Assembly (NCBI GenBank): GCA_965262715.1
Contig: OZ253553.1
Coordinates: 2,784,001-2,848,000 of the forward strand
Length of the DNA stretch: 64,000 nucleotides
Direction of reading: 5' to 3'
Source of the DNA: Bdellovibrionales bacterium
GTDB lineage: Bacteria; Bdellovibrionota; Bdellovibrionia; Bdellovibrionales; JAUICD01
Shown here in pieces: positions 10,359-19,980 of the stretch. Each line of letters begins with the position of its first letter. Positions within the stretch are counted from its first letter, which is position 1. The translations under genes were made by a program, and so were the position numbers. The notes beneath the pieces are model-generated. The model saw nothing but the letters and a program-made list of their open reading frames with translations, did not search any database and was not told the DNA's origin.

Positions 10359-10469
10359 AAACAATTTATTGTAATTACTTTTTAATGATTATAAGAATAA
10401 TTAAAGTTTATTTTAAAGGCATATCAATATCACTTGCATGCTTTTTTGATTAAAGAAGGGATAATATTT

Positions 10470-11069
10470 ATGACTCAAGATCATCAAGACAATCCATTAA
10501 AGGGTTTCTTAAAAGAGCCTAGAAATGAACAAGAAAGAATATTGTTAAAAAAATATAGACGAACTTTTCAAGGCAAGGAACTTACTAAGAAGGGAATAGA
10601 ACTTATATATGTTAATATTCTTACTTTGTTGTATGAGAAGACTAGAACTACAGAAGAAATATCAGAAGAAACAAGTCTTAATCAATATAAGCATCAAACT
10701 TCGATAGCTAAAACTTTCCTTAAGAATTTAAAAGATCAAAATCATGTTAATGAAGGAAAAGAAGAAAATTTATGGGAAATTACAGATAAGGGCCATGAGT
10801 TTTTATCAAAACACAGACAAAAAAATGATCCATACAATAGCTATCAGTCTTATGTTAATTACTTCCTAAAGTTAGGTGAGCAAGAGCCGATACTTTTAAA
10901 TCCATCACGTGTAACCAATAAAAAATCTCAGATAAGTTCAAGTACTAAAAGTCGATATAGAAAAGGAGTCAAGGACTTTTTATTATTTTATGAGCATTAT
11001 AAAGACCCAAATAATAGCAAGAAAAAAGAAGTTTTTGAGAAAGCAAAGGAAAAAAGGAAAGGCTTTTAG
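10470..11069 (+). CDS. Hypothetical protein, possible winged-helix segment
   Basis: LKNLKDQNHV...WEITDKGHEFL resembles a wHTH wing; ATG at 10470. Confidence 0.55.
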   Translation: MTQDHQDNPLKGFLKEPRNEQERILLKKYRRTFQGKELTKKGIELIYVNILTLLYEKTRTTEEISEETSLNQYKHQTSIAKTFLKNLKDQNHVNEGKEENLWEITDKGHEFLSKHRQKNDPYNSYQSYVNYFLKLGEQEPILLNPSRVTNKKSQISSSTKSRYRKGVKDFLLFYEHYKDPNNSKKKEVFEKAKEKRKGF

Positions 11070-11212
11070 AATAAAGAACCACTTTGTTGTAAAATATTAG
11101 CTTTAATATTTTATTTTTATAAGTGTCGACTTAAAAAAAATGTAAAAGAAAATATGTGGCAAAAACAATTAAGTATCTATTATTTTACAAGGATAGCTTT
11201 TATATTCCGTCT

Positions 11213-12277
11213 TTATTGGCACTTGCTTTGAATTTGCAGGACTTCTTTTTCTGAAAGCCCTGTTGCTTTACTTATGGCTTGTATATCCATATCAGTTGTT
11301 TTTAGAAGATTTACAGCAACTTTCTGCAATCCTTCCTGTAAACCTTTCTGCAAACCTTTCTGTAAACCTTTCTGTAAACCTTCCTGCAATCCTTCCTGCA
11401 ACCCTTCCTGTAGACCTTCTTGCCTTATGCGATCTCTCATCATTTGTAATGGTGGCATTGTTCTCTTCTCCTTTGATACATTCTTTTCTTCTATCTCTTG
11501 TAAAGTATTCCAAGTAAAGTTTGGATCACAAAGTCTCACACAATCAACTGCCCTGTCCATTAAAAAAATACGGTCTTCTTTACTGGAAAGCTTATTGGAC
11601 AACTTAAACAAATCTGAAATGACCTGCTCATCTAAGTTCCATACACTCTTTAGTATAAGCAAAATCGTCCCAGATAGCAAGTCCTTTGAGCCTAATTCCG
11701 CCATTCCTAAATCATTTAAGTTTAATAATCTATACTTATAATTTAAAACATTCTCACCGAAAGCCTTTTTAAGATCTAAAGACTTAAAATTCAAGTAATC
11801 ATGGAAGCTCAAAGGTAAATTCCATCCACTTTTACCAGAATAAACCAACACAGGGATCACTATGGATGGAGCTTTACGTTTTCCACTCTTAACATCTTTA
11901 CTGTCTTTCTCATAAATACTTGCTTGATACTTGAGAAGCTGTAAAAAAATATCTGAGTCATTATAGGATTTATGCTCAAAAAGAAAAATAATTTCTACAA
12001 TCTCTTCTGAATCTTTCATCTTCACTGAAAAAATCACATCAGCTCTCTGCTCCCTAAACACCTGATCTACAAAAACAGTCACTTTTGACTGTAGAGTCTT
12101 CCAATCAAAAAGATCAAACTCTTCAGGAGTTAAAACCAAACGAAACAGGTCTAAAACATACCGCTCCTTGCTATAAATTTCATAAAACAAATGATTGAAA
12201 ATATGAAAAACTTCACGTTTTAACTCCTGTTTGTTTTTTGGGAATTTTGCCTTTTTATACTTAGATCTGACCATCAC
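11213..12277 (-). CDS. Rpn nuclease family 1 copy 3
   Basis: Near-identical to copy 1; 8 (E/K)GLQ units; internal small ORF 11213-11458. Confidence 0.9.
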   Translation of the reverse strand: MMVRSKYKKAKFPKNKQELKREVFHIFNHLFYEIYSKERYVLDLFRLVLTPEEFDLFDWKTLQSKVTVFVDQVFREQRADVIFSVKMKDSEEIVEIIFLFEHKSYNDSDIFLQLLKYQASIYEKDSKDVKSGKRKAPSIVIPVLVYSGKSGWNLPLSFHDYLNFKSLDLKKAFGENVLNYKYRLLNLNDLGMAELGSKDLLSGTILLILKSVWNLDEQVISDLFKLSNKLSSKEDRIFLMDRAVDCVRLCDPNFTWNTLQEIEEKNVSKEKRTMPPLQMMRDRIRQEGLQEGLQEGLQEGLQKGLQKGLQKGLQEGLQKVAVNLLKTTDMDIQAISKATGLSEKEVLQIQSKCQ

Positions 12278-12387
12278 AAAACCCTTTAACTAGCTATGAA
12301 CCTTATTATAAAAAATGTGTGAGTAGTGATTTTAAAGCCTCTTCATTGCCTTTAAAGTAAGTTTTAAAAGCTGCATCATTTGTTAAT

Positions 12388-13726
12388 CGTAACTTCAAAT
12401 CGCAAGTGCAACTCTTTTGTGTTTATAGATATTTTTAAAAGTTGTATCACTTTAGGATTAATATTCCAACAAAGTTTTAATTATCATGAAAGATTATAGT
12501 AAATTATTTAATTTGAATGAATGTATTTTGATGTTTATGGCAAAGCCAAAGTAGTCTTCGAGCTAAAGCTCTGCGGAAGAACGATCCTTTGCCATAAACA
12601 TCAAGCTGTCAAATAAGCATTTTCAGAAGTTATTATATATAAGTAAAATTAAATGGATAAACTATGAATAACTTCAGCAAACCATCTTTTGTCTATGAAA
12701 CTCATTAGGGGTTAGAAAACCTAAACTCTTTCGAGGGCGATGGTTTAAAAGAGACTCAACCTTTTTTACATCCTTAGAGGTGACTTCTCTAAAATCTGTC
12801 TTCTTTGGAAAATACTGACGGATTAAACCATTCGTGTTCTCATTTAAACCTCTCTCATAGGAACTGTAAGGATGTGCAAAATAAACTTTACATCCAGTAT
12901 ATTCACTGATCTTCTCATGACACGAAAATTCTTTACCATTATCCAAAGTCATTGTATGAACAACCTCTCCTTTAAGAGCTTTAGAAATAGCATGAAAAAC
13001 TGCCTCAGATCTCTTAGATTCTATTTTGACAATCCTCGTCTTCTTAGAACATCTATCTACCAGCGTGACTAAAGCTCCTTTATGATGTCTACCTATCATT
13101 AGATCACCTTCCCAGTCTCCTATCCGAAGCTTCTTATCTACTATCTTAGGCCTTTTATCAATGCTCACTCTATTCTTTATCTGACCCCTTTTATCAAATC
13201 TACTTGTACCATATCGCTTCTTGCGTTGCTTCTGACATCTTAAAAATTTGTAGAGATCTCCTCCTGATTGCTTATCTCCAAGAATATGCTGATAAATACT
13301 CTCATGACTTATAGACAAACCTTTTCGTTTAAGAAAACCGGATATCTGTTCCGGACTCAAACGATCACGAAGAAACCTCTCAAGCTTATTAATGACTTTT
13401 TGTGTTATCTTTATATGTCTATGAGAGTTTTGAAGACGATCGACTGCTTTTTCATGGGCTTGTTGAGGACGATAACCTCGCAAGCCTTTGTTACGATTCA
13501 ATTCCCTATATATGGTGCTTTTATCTCGACCTACCTGAGTAGCAATTGAACTTATTGATTTTCCACTTTGCAAAAAAGCTAAAATCTGGTATCTCTCATG
13601 TTGGGTTAGATGAGTGTAATTGCTCATGGAATACTCCTTTCATTATTTAAAGAGATTGATTAGAGTATTCCTCTAACCCGCTTTAAATAACTATGCAAGG
13701 AGTTGCACTTGCAACTTGAATCCACC
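12388..13726 (-). mobile_element. IS30-family insertion sequence, full length
   Basis: 27-bp imperfect IRs; 3-bp target duplication AAT, confirmed against uninterrupted module copies. Confidence 0.95.
12674..13627 (-). CDS. IS30-family transposase
   Basis: HTH N-terminus; GDWEGD, DNGKEF, ERGLNENTNGLIRQYFPK. Confidence 0.95.
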   Translation of the reverse strand: MSNYTHLTQHERYQILAFLQSGKSISSIATQVGRDKSTIYRELNRNKGLRGYRPQQAHEKAVDRLQNSHRHIKITQKVINKLERFLRDRLSPEQISGFLKRKGLSISHESIYQHILGDKQSGGDLYKFLRCQKQRKKRYGTSRFDKRGQIKNRVSIDKRPKIVDKKLRIGDWEGDLMIGRHHKGALVTLVDRCSKKTRIVKIESKRSEAVFHAISKALKGEVVHTMTLDNGKEFSCHEKISEYTGCKVYFAHPYSSYERGLNENTNGLIRQYFPKKTDFREVTSKDVKKVESLLNHRPRKSLGFLTPNEFHRQKMVC

Positions 13727-13838
13727 AATTTTAAAAAATGAGACTTTTTTAAAAATTCCTCAATATCTAATAACTTATGTTGATTACTTGAACCCATAAT
13801 TTATGCCCTCCTAAAATGAAAAATCTAATAGGAATACA

Positions 13839-13855
13839 AGCAAAATACATGCCAA
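13839..13855 (-). promoter_or_regulatory. Sigma-54 promoter, separated from Rpn copy 3 by IS30
   Basis: TTGGCATGTATTTTGCT. Confidence 0.75.
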
Positions 13856-14174
13856 GCTAAAAGCAGGAATAAACAAGGTTTGAGATTTAAAATACAAGAT
13901 ATTGTCCAACAACTTGGACATCGAATCCGGATTTCATACATCCTATCTTTATTTTTCATATATATTATTAAGATCAAAAATTATGAGACTTAAATCTTAT
14001 AAAGGTTTTTATCAAAAATATTTCATAAAAATAGAGGTTTTCCTATTGACAAGTAGTTTGTTGATCTTATCTTCATATTGATACTATCTAGCGATGTCAT
14101 CTAATAGCTTAAAATAGCTTGTTATATGGAAAGCTATTGTCGTCAATAAAAGTACTATAAATCGAGGAGTAAAA

Positions 14175-15716
14175 ATGACAGAGGATCAACATAGTTTAGA
14201 ATCTACCAATTCAAGTAAAGTGGATAAAGAGAATTTAGCAAATAAAAAAATGACCTTTGAGGATTTTGATAAGTTAAATTTAAAGTCATTTGGAAAAGAC
14301 ATTGTTAAAATTATAGAAAATGACAAAACTCTTTCTAATGATCAAAACTCTTGCACAATAAGTTTAAATGCAGATTTTGGACAAGGAAAAACTACTTTTC
14401 TAGAGATGTTAAAAGATTTTATTGAAAGGCAAAATAGTGGTAAATACACAGCTTTATTTATCGATGCTTGGAGAGGAGATTTTTTTAAAGAGCCTATTAT
14501 CACAATCCTTTCAGAATTTCTGGAATATTTAGAAAAAAACGGGAAAGTTGAAAATAAGCAAGATATTCTTAAAACAATAGGAAAAGTTATATACAGTTTA
14601 ACAAGGCAAGAAATTAAACAAGATATAGGCATTGATTTAAAAAATATCTTTAAAAGAATCCTGATATTCATCTTTAAAATAACCCCGATATTTATAAGGC
14701 AAATACTCAAAAAACATATAGGTATTGATTTAAAGGAAGCAAGAAAAGAAATCAAAGAGGAAAAGCTAGGAGAAGCTCTTTTTAGTAAGTTTAAACAGAG
14801 AAAACAGGTTTTACAAGAGATCAAAAACATTATTTCAAATTATACTAAAAATGGTAAAAAGTTAGTGGTTATTGTTGATGAATTAGATCGAGCAAGGCCT
14901 GATTATGCTGTTCATTTTCTTGAAGATATGAAGCACTTTTTTGATATTAAGAATGTGGTGTTTATCTTTGGGATTAATAAAAGACAAATAAAAGCTACTG
15001 TAGAAACCTTGTATGGACAGGACCTTGAATTTGAAGGCTATTATAAGAAGTTTTTTAAGCATGAAAGAAACCTTCCTGATCCTTATAAAGAAGCTATAAG
15101 TTTTATTAAGAGTTTATTAAAACAAACAAAAGTAACTTCAGAACTTAAGTCTGCAAACATTCATTTTTTATTTAAGTCATTCAAATTAACATTAAGGGAT
15201 TTGTCACGGTTTATAGAACTTTGTGATGTTATTCTTTCAAAAACAGCAGAAGATGATGAAAGAAATTACAAATATAGTAATAGTGTTTTATTTTTTATTT
15301 GTTTGCTTCTAAAGAAACAAGATATTTTTAATAAAGTTTTAAATAATGAATTTAATCTAGATGATTTTTTAAGTTTTATAGATGAAGCAAAAATACCTTA
15401 TCACAGTGATGAAGAAAAGATTTTTTTAGCTGAAGCAGCCTATTCCTTCTTATTAAAATCTCAATATGAGCGTAGTGATTTCATTAGTATTGGTACTAAG
15501 CCACAACAACAGATTGAAGACTTTGAATCTGGCGTAGAAAAAATAAAAACAAAATTTGAAGAAGAATACTCGATGCATAAAGTATTCTCATATCTATTTG
15601 ATTCTCAACGGTCTTATATTATAAAAAAGCAACCATGTTTAATCATTTGTAATGCCATACAACATGGTAAACCATTTTATGCAAATAAATCAGGGTTTCA
15701 AAAAATTACCCCTTGA
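14175..15716 (+). CDS. KAP-family P-loop NTPase
   Basis: LNADFGQGKTTF Walker A, IDAW, VDELDRARPD Walker B, YYKKFF. Confidence 0.9.
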   Translation: MTEDQHSLESTNSSKVDKENLANKKMTFEDFDKLNLKSFGKDIVKIIENDKTLSNDQNSCTISLNADFGQGKTTFLEMLKDFIERQNSGKYTALFIDAWRGDFFKEPIITILSEFLEYLEKNGKVENKQDILKTIGKVIYSLTRQEIKQDIGIDLKNIFKRILIFIFKITPIFIRQILKKHIGIDLKEARKEIKEEKLGEALFSKFKQRKQVLQEIKNIISNYTKNGKKLVVIVDELDRARPDYAVHFLEDMKHFFDIKNVVFIFGINKRQIKATVETLYGQDLEFEGYYKKFFKHERNLPDPYKEAISFIKSLLKQTKVTSELKSANIHFLFKSFKLTLRDLSRFIELCDVILSKTAEDDERNYKYSNSVLFFICLLLKKQDIFNKVLNNEFNLDDFLSFIDEAKIPYHSDEEKIFLAEAAYSFLLKSQYERSDFISIGTKPQQQIEDFESGVEKIKTKFEEEYSMHKVFSYLFDSQRSYIIKKQPCLIICNAIQHGKPFYANKSGFQKITP

Positions 15717-15965
15717 TACAATAACTACTAATAGCTAAGATTTTTCTTTTTTTACATCTTTAAAAAGTTCATCATCTGCTTTTTAGCTCATAAACCTACG
15801 AACCAGTTTGGAAACTTATAAATTAGGCTCATGACCTGCTGCATAAACCGTCGACTCTGTTAAAAACAGGGGTATCTGCCTATTTAATGTTACAAGTCTT
15901 TCTTATTATTTGTCCTTATTTATTTTTGTTTGTTATCGGCTTTATCTTATGTTAAAAAGGTCACC

Positions 15966-16532
15966 ATGAAGACTTTTGCAATATGTTTCTTAGCATTACT
16001 TATTTATCAAAGTGAGAGTTTAGGGTCTGTTAATGATTCCAATCTTTGGAGTGATTTTGAAGACTCAATACATGAATATACTGAAACTCAAAATATAATA
16101 GAGATATATCAAGTCAGTGAAATGAATGTAAAAAATGAAGCCTTGTTTTTCATTAGAATCTATGACAACAATACTGATGAAATCATATTTGAAGACGAAT
16201 TAGTATTGCCTTTGGAACTTGCTATAAACTTACAAGATGGAAATCCTGAAAGTATTCAATACTTGCTTGAGTGGGATGAGTTGATTATTAATGAGGCTAG
16301 ATCTTTAAATTCAATGTCTTCTGAGGGGCAAGAAAAAATGCAGTTTGCTTTTCTTAATCGTGAAGATAAAATAAAAAGAGAATGTGATGCTGGAAGATAT
16401 GAAGTTTGTAGTAGTGTATCGGGAGATGGAGAAGAAGCATATCGATATACTAAGAAAGGTTGTGAAAAAGGAAAACATCCTCATGCTTGTCAAGAACTTA
16501 AAATTCTAGAAGAACAAAGACAGCTAAAATAG
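15966..16532 (+). CDS. Secreted hypothetical protein with Sel1-like Cys pairs at the C-terminus
   Basis: Signal-like N-terminus; CDAG...C and KGCEKG.HPHAC. Confidence 0.55.
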   Translation: MKTFAICFLALLIYQSESLGSVNDSNLWSDFEDSIHEYTETQNIIEIYQVSEMNVKNEALFFIRIYDNNTDEIIFEDELVLPLELAINLQDGNPESIQYLLEWDELIINEARSLNSMSSEGQEKMQFAFLNREDKIKRECDAGRYEVCSSVSGDGEEAYRYTKKGCEKGKHPHACQELKILEEQRQLK

Positions 16533-16685
16533 TAAGTGAATATTATAACTAGATTGAGTTTACTTGGTTTCTTCAATCTTGTTTGTTATGTTTTAATTTC
16601 TACTTAGAAAAGTATCCAATAGTGTCTTTTATTCTATCTTACAGTCTATTTCTTAAATCATTAGCATTTTCATAATCAATCAAGC

Positions 16686-18620
16686 TCAAATATTCTGTTT
16701 TTTATCTGCTGATTGGAAAAAATAACAAAGCCTTATAGTCATTGCCCATAAAAAGTTTGACCATCCGTTAAAGAAATCACTATATTCTATTAAACCATGA
16801 GCAAGTTTGTTGCGATAATTTCCACCATATTTTTCAACTAAAAGTGCCTGCAAACAAAACACCATATCTTCTCCAAATATCGTAAATATCGTTTTGGCAT
16901 CAGGATAATAAAGTATTTTATTGAGATTGTGTTCTTCTTGGATAAAATCATTTTGATTTTGAATATAGCTTTGTTCTTTTTGCTCCTTGTGTTTCTTTCT
17001 TTCTTCTTTTAATTTTGGTAGTAATCCTTTTCGTTCTAAAATTATACGAATGGAATTTTCAATTTGAGGAATCAGTAGATGCGTACAAACTAAATACTCA
17101 CCTTTCAACCCTGCTTTAAAACCATCAATAAAGATTTGTTCTCTCCCAGTTGGTACAAATGGATTCTTTTCAACTAAACTTTTAAAAATATCTGAATCTG
17201 CCCGATTTTCTAATTTTTTTCTAGCTAATTCTATTGAAGATAGACCTCTAAGATTAATATGTTGTGAACAACGCATGATCATTTCAGATCTTATTCCTTC
17301 GTCTCTACCTTCTTTATCAGATGTGTTGATAGGCAATGATCTTGCAATAATACGATTTTTTTCATTAAGGATTTTTTTAGAAGTAAGATGTGAAAACCTA
17401 GACTCTTTAGCTACTTGTTCAACAGATCTACGCAAATCTTCTTTTTTAGGAGGTTCTGCCATTGCAGAGATTATCTCAATTATGTCTTTATCACTTTTAA
17501 CATTTTCTTGAACAAATTTTTGAGTTTTTTTCACTATAGGGGTTACATCCATCTTTATAGAATATTTTTTAAATTTAATATTTTTAGATATTTCATTCAT
17601 TTCTGAATGTAACTCATCAATCAACTTTTTTAATCCACCATGGTTTTTACATGCCTTTATTGCATTTTCATAAGGCTCAATAAGAACAATAGCATCAATA
17701 CCTGATTCTCTAAGATTTCTTGCTTGAGTCACATAAGAATCTACACACCTTCTTTTAAGCTCTTTAACACCTTCTTCATCATTTATAGATTTAGTCATTT
17801 CTATGGCTATTTCAAGATAATTTCTTGCTCTTTCAAATTTATTCTTAGAAATCAATTGAAATGAGAGCTTTTTACATTCAGATAGCCATGTTTTTTTCTC
17901 TTCCAAGCTCTCTATTGAGTCATATATATTATACTTTACAAAAATTTTCAAAAAATTAATACGAAAGATATATGGAGATTCTTCCATATTAAAATCAACA
18001 ATGTCTTTTAGAGATACAAAAATATCTTTAAATTGTTCTTTGGGTTTTCCTAACTGATTCCAAATTTGACAAGCACGTTCAAAAGATTCCTCTCCACTAG
18101 AATAAAGAAAAGCGTTGTCATTTGGTTTAGAGCTATCTACTTTTTTTCGAGCATTCAGTAGTTTTGTGACATGCTTTGTATGATTAATAAAATTATCAAA
18201 TGCTATGTCTGCAAACTCTCGCTTTCTATACCTTAACCAAAGGATGTCTGCAAAACGAGCATCTACAAAAGAGATATTTGATTTGCCAATAAGAGACTTG
18301 ATGACATTAAGATTTTTTTCTGTAAAATCAGTAATTATTGCAGTACGTCCTTTATTAAAATTCATCATAGCTGCATATGGCTGTTTTGGGTTATCTTTGA
18401 CAAAATAAATTAAAAAGATCTGGGTTAAAAACATGTAAAACTCTGAATTTTCTTTTTTACCTTCTTTTTTTGCTTGCTCTGCTTTTTTACAGAATGCATC
18501 ATATAAGTCGATATAATTAACTTTTCCTTGTTCATTTACAATTTTAACCCAATCATTTTTTTCTGCTACTTCAATTGTTATATTGGGAAAGAAATCTTTT
18601 ATTAAAATGTTATTTTGCAT
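16686..18620 (-). CDS. DUF4209-like HEPN-domain protein
   Basis: HLLIPQIENSIR and GNYRNKLAHG (Rx4H) motifs. Confidence 0.75.
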   Translation of the reverse strand: MQNNILIKDFFPNITIEVAEKNDWVKIVNEQGKVNYIDLYDAFCKKAEQAKKEGKKENSEFYMFLTQIFLIYFVKDNPKQPYAAMMNFNKGRTAIITDFTEKNLNVIKSLIGKSNISFVDARFADILWLRYRKREFADIAFDNFINHTKHVTKLLNARKKVDSSKPNDNAFLYSSGEESFERACQIWNQLGKPKEQFKDIFVSLKDIVDFNMEESPYIFRINFLKIFVKYNIYDSIESLEEKKTWLSECKKLSFQLISKNKFERARNYLEIAIEMTKSINDEEGVKELKRRCVDSYVTQARNLRESGIDAIVLIEPYENAIKACKNHGGLKKLIDELHSEMNEISKNIKFKKYSIKMDVTPIVKKTQKFVQENVKSDKDIIEIISAMAEPPKKEDLRRSVEQVAKESRFSHLTSKKILNEKNRIIARSLPINTSDKEGRDEGIRSEMIMRCSQHINLRGLSSIELARKKLENRADSDIFKSLVEKNPFVPTGREQIFIDGFKAGLKGEYLVCTHLLIPQIENSIRIILERKGLLPKLKEERKKHKEQKEQSYIQNQNDFIQEEHNLNKILYYPDAKTIFTIFGEDMVFCLQALLVEKYGGNYRNKLAHGLIEYSDFFNGWSNFLWAMTIRLCYFFQSADKKQNI

Positions 18621-19048
18621 TTTAATTCTCCTTGCCTGTATAAATTTTCTAAAGAAAAATGTAAATCTTTGATATTAGAAAAATCTTCTTCTTGGGAGAA
18701 GCTAGATATATCACATTGTAAACAATGTTCAACATCTTTTTGAGATAAATAATACTTTTGTATTAAGTTAAACTTTATTTGATCATTATTTTTTCTATAT
18801 TCCTGACCCCCTGCTAAAAAAGAAAAAAAATATTTTTAATAATTGGATTGAGATATTCCTGAATTTCATTAACTATTTTTTACAAGCTATTTAGGCAATA
18901 ATCATACTCAAAGAAGGCCTTGAGATAACCTTTTATAAAAAATCGAGAAGATATAATATTTTTTTATACATTTTTGTCTTGTTTTGAGTCTCTGTAATTT
19001 TAAGAATATTATGAAGTAACCCGATTTATGGTAAAAAGGAGTCGCTAG

Positions 19049-19791
19049 ATGGGTAAATTTGTTGATTCAACTCTTGGAAAAATTATTCTTTTCATAGTTA
19101 CCATTTTAGGTGCTTTTTATGATGTCTTTGATTTACGGTATCTTCTTGTTTGTATAGTAATTGGAACAGGAGTGTGGGTAATCTTAAAATTCAAAAATGT
19201 AATTAAAGAACATCCTATTTATACTTGCTCGACAATAGCTATTCTAACAGTTATAGTACATTTTACTTTTTACTACTCTTATTCTTTTTCTTTTAAAAAA
19301 CAAAATAGACCTCTGGTTTATGAGAAAGCGTCAACCATACCAATAAAATGTGAGGACAAGCCATGCCCTATAATAGATATCAATCAACTAATAAAATTGT
19401 GTCCAGATAATACAAACCATGAAAAATTTTCTAATTGTCTCGATCAATACCCTGACTAAAAGACTTAAGACAAAGAGCTTCTAAACATAAAAGCCCTTTC
19501 CAATATGAACATATTCCAGTGGCTATTAGCTTTCCAGATGATGAACCTTCTGAAGGTGTCTTTATTACTTGTAGCAATAGTCAGTTTTTAGGTAGAAAAA
19601 TACAAATATCAAATCCTGTTGATCTTTCTAAAAAAATAGCGAGAGAATATGGAGGCCATAGTGGACTGAGCTGTACAACAGAACCTCTTGAAATTCGACT
19701 TAATAAAGAAGATGGGTTAGAGCTTTTTGGAAAGCCTTTATTTAAAGATGGTAAGCCGATAAGAAAAGGATTAGCTGTACAAATTCAATAA
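19049..19791 (+). pseudogene. Membrane-anchored hypothetical gene, probably frameshifted near 19455
   Basis: The frame of ORF 19519-19791 is open back to ~19456, abutting the stop of 19049-19459. Confidence 0.45.
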
Positions 19792-19980
19792 CTCAAATGG
19801 TCTATTTTGAGATTCTATATATTTTAATTGATTTAATAAAATAATTCAAGAGCTTTCCATCTTAATCAAAAATTAAAACTTAAGAAATACTCTTAAAAAG
19901 TCGATTAATAATAATATTTCGATCTTACTTAATTTCAAAATATATCATTAAAAAAACACAAAATATAGGATTTTCAAGTT

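Noticed and set aside
874..11741. Plus-strand ORFs antisense to Rpn genes (885-1280, 7429-7848, 11274-11741 and others)
   Set aside because: Shadow ORFs conserved only because the Rpn genes are duplicated.
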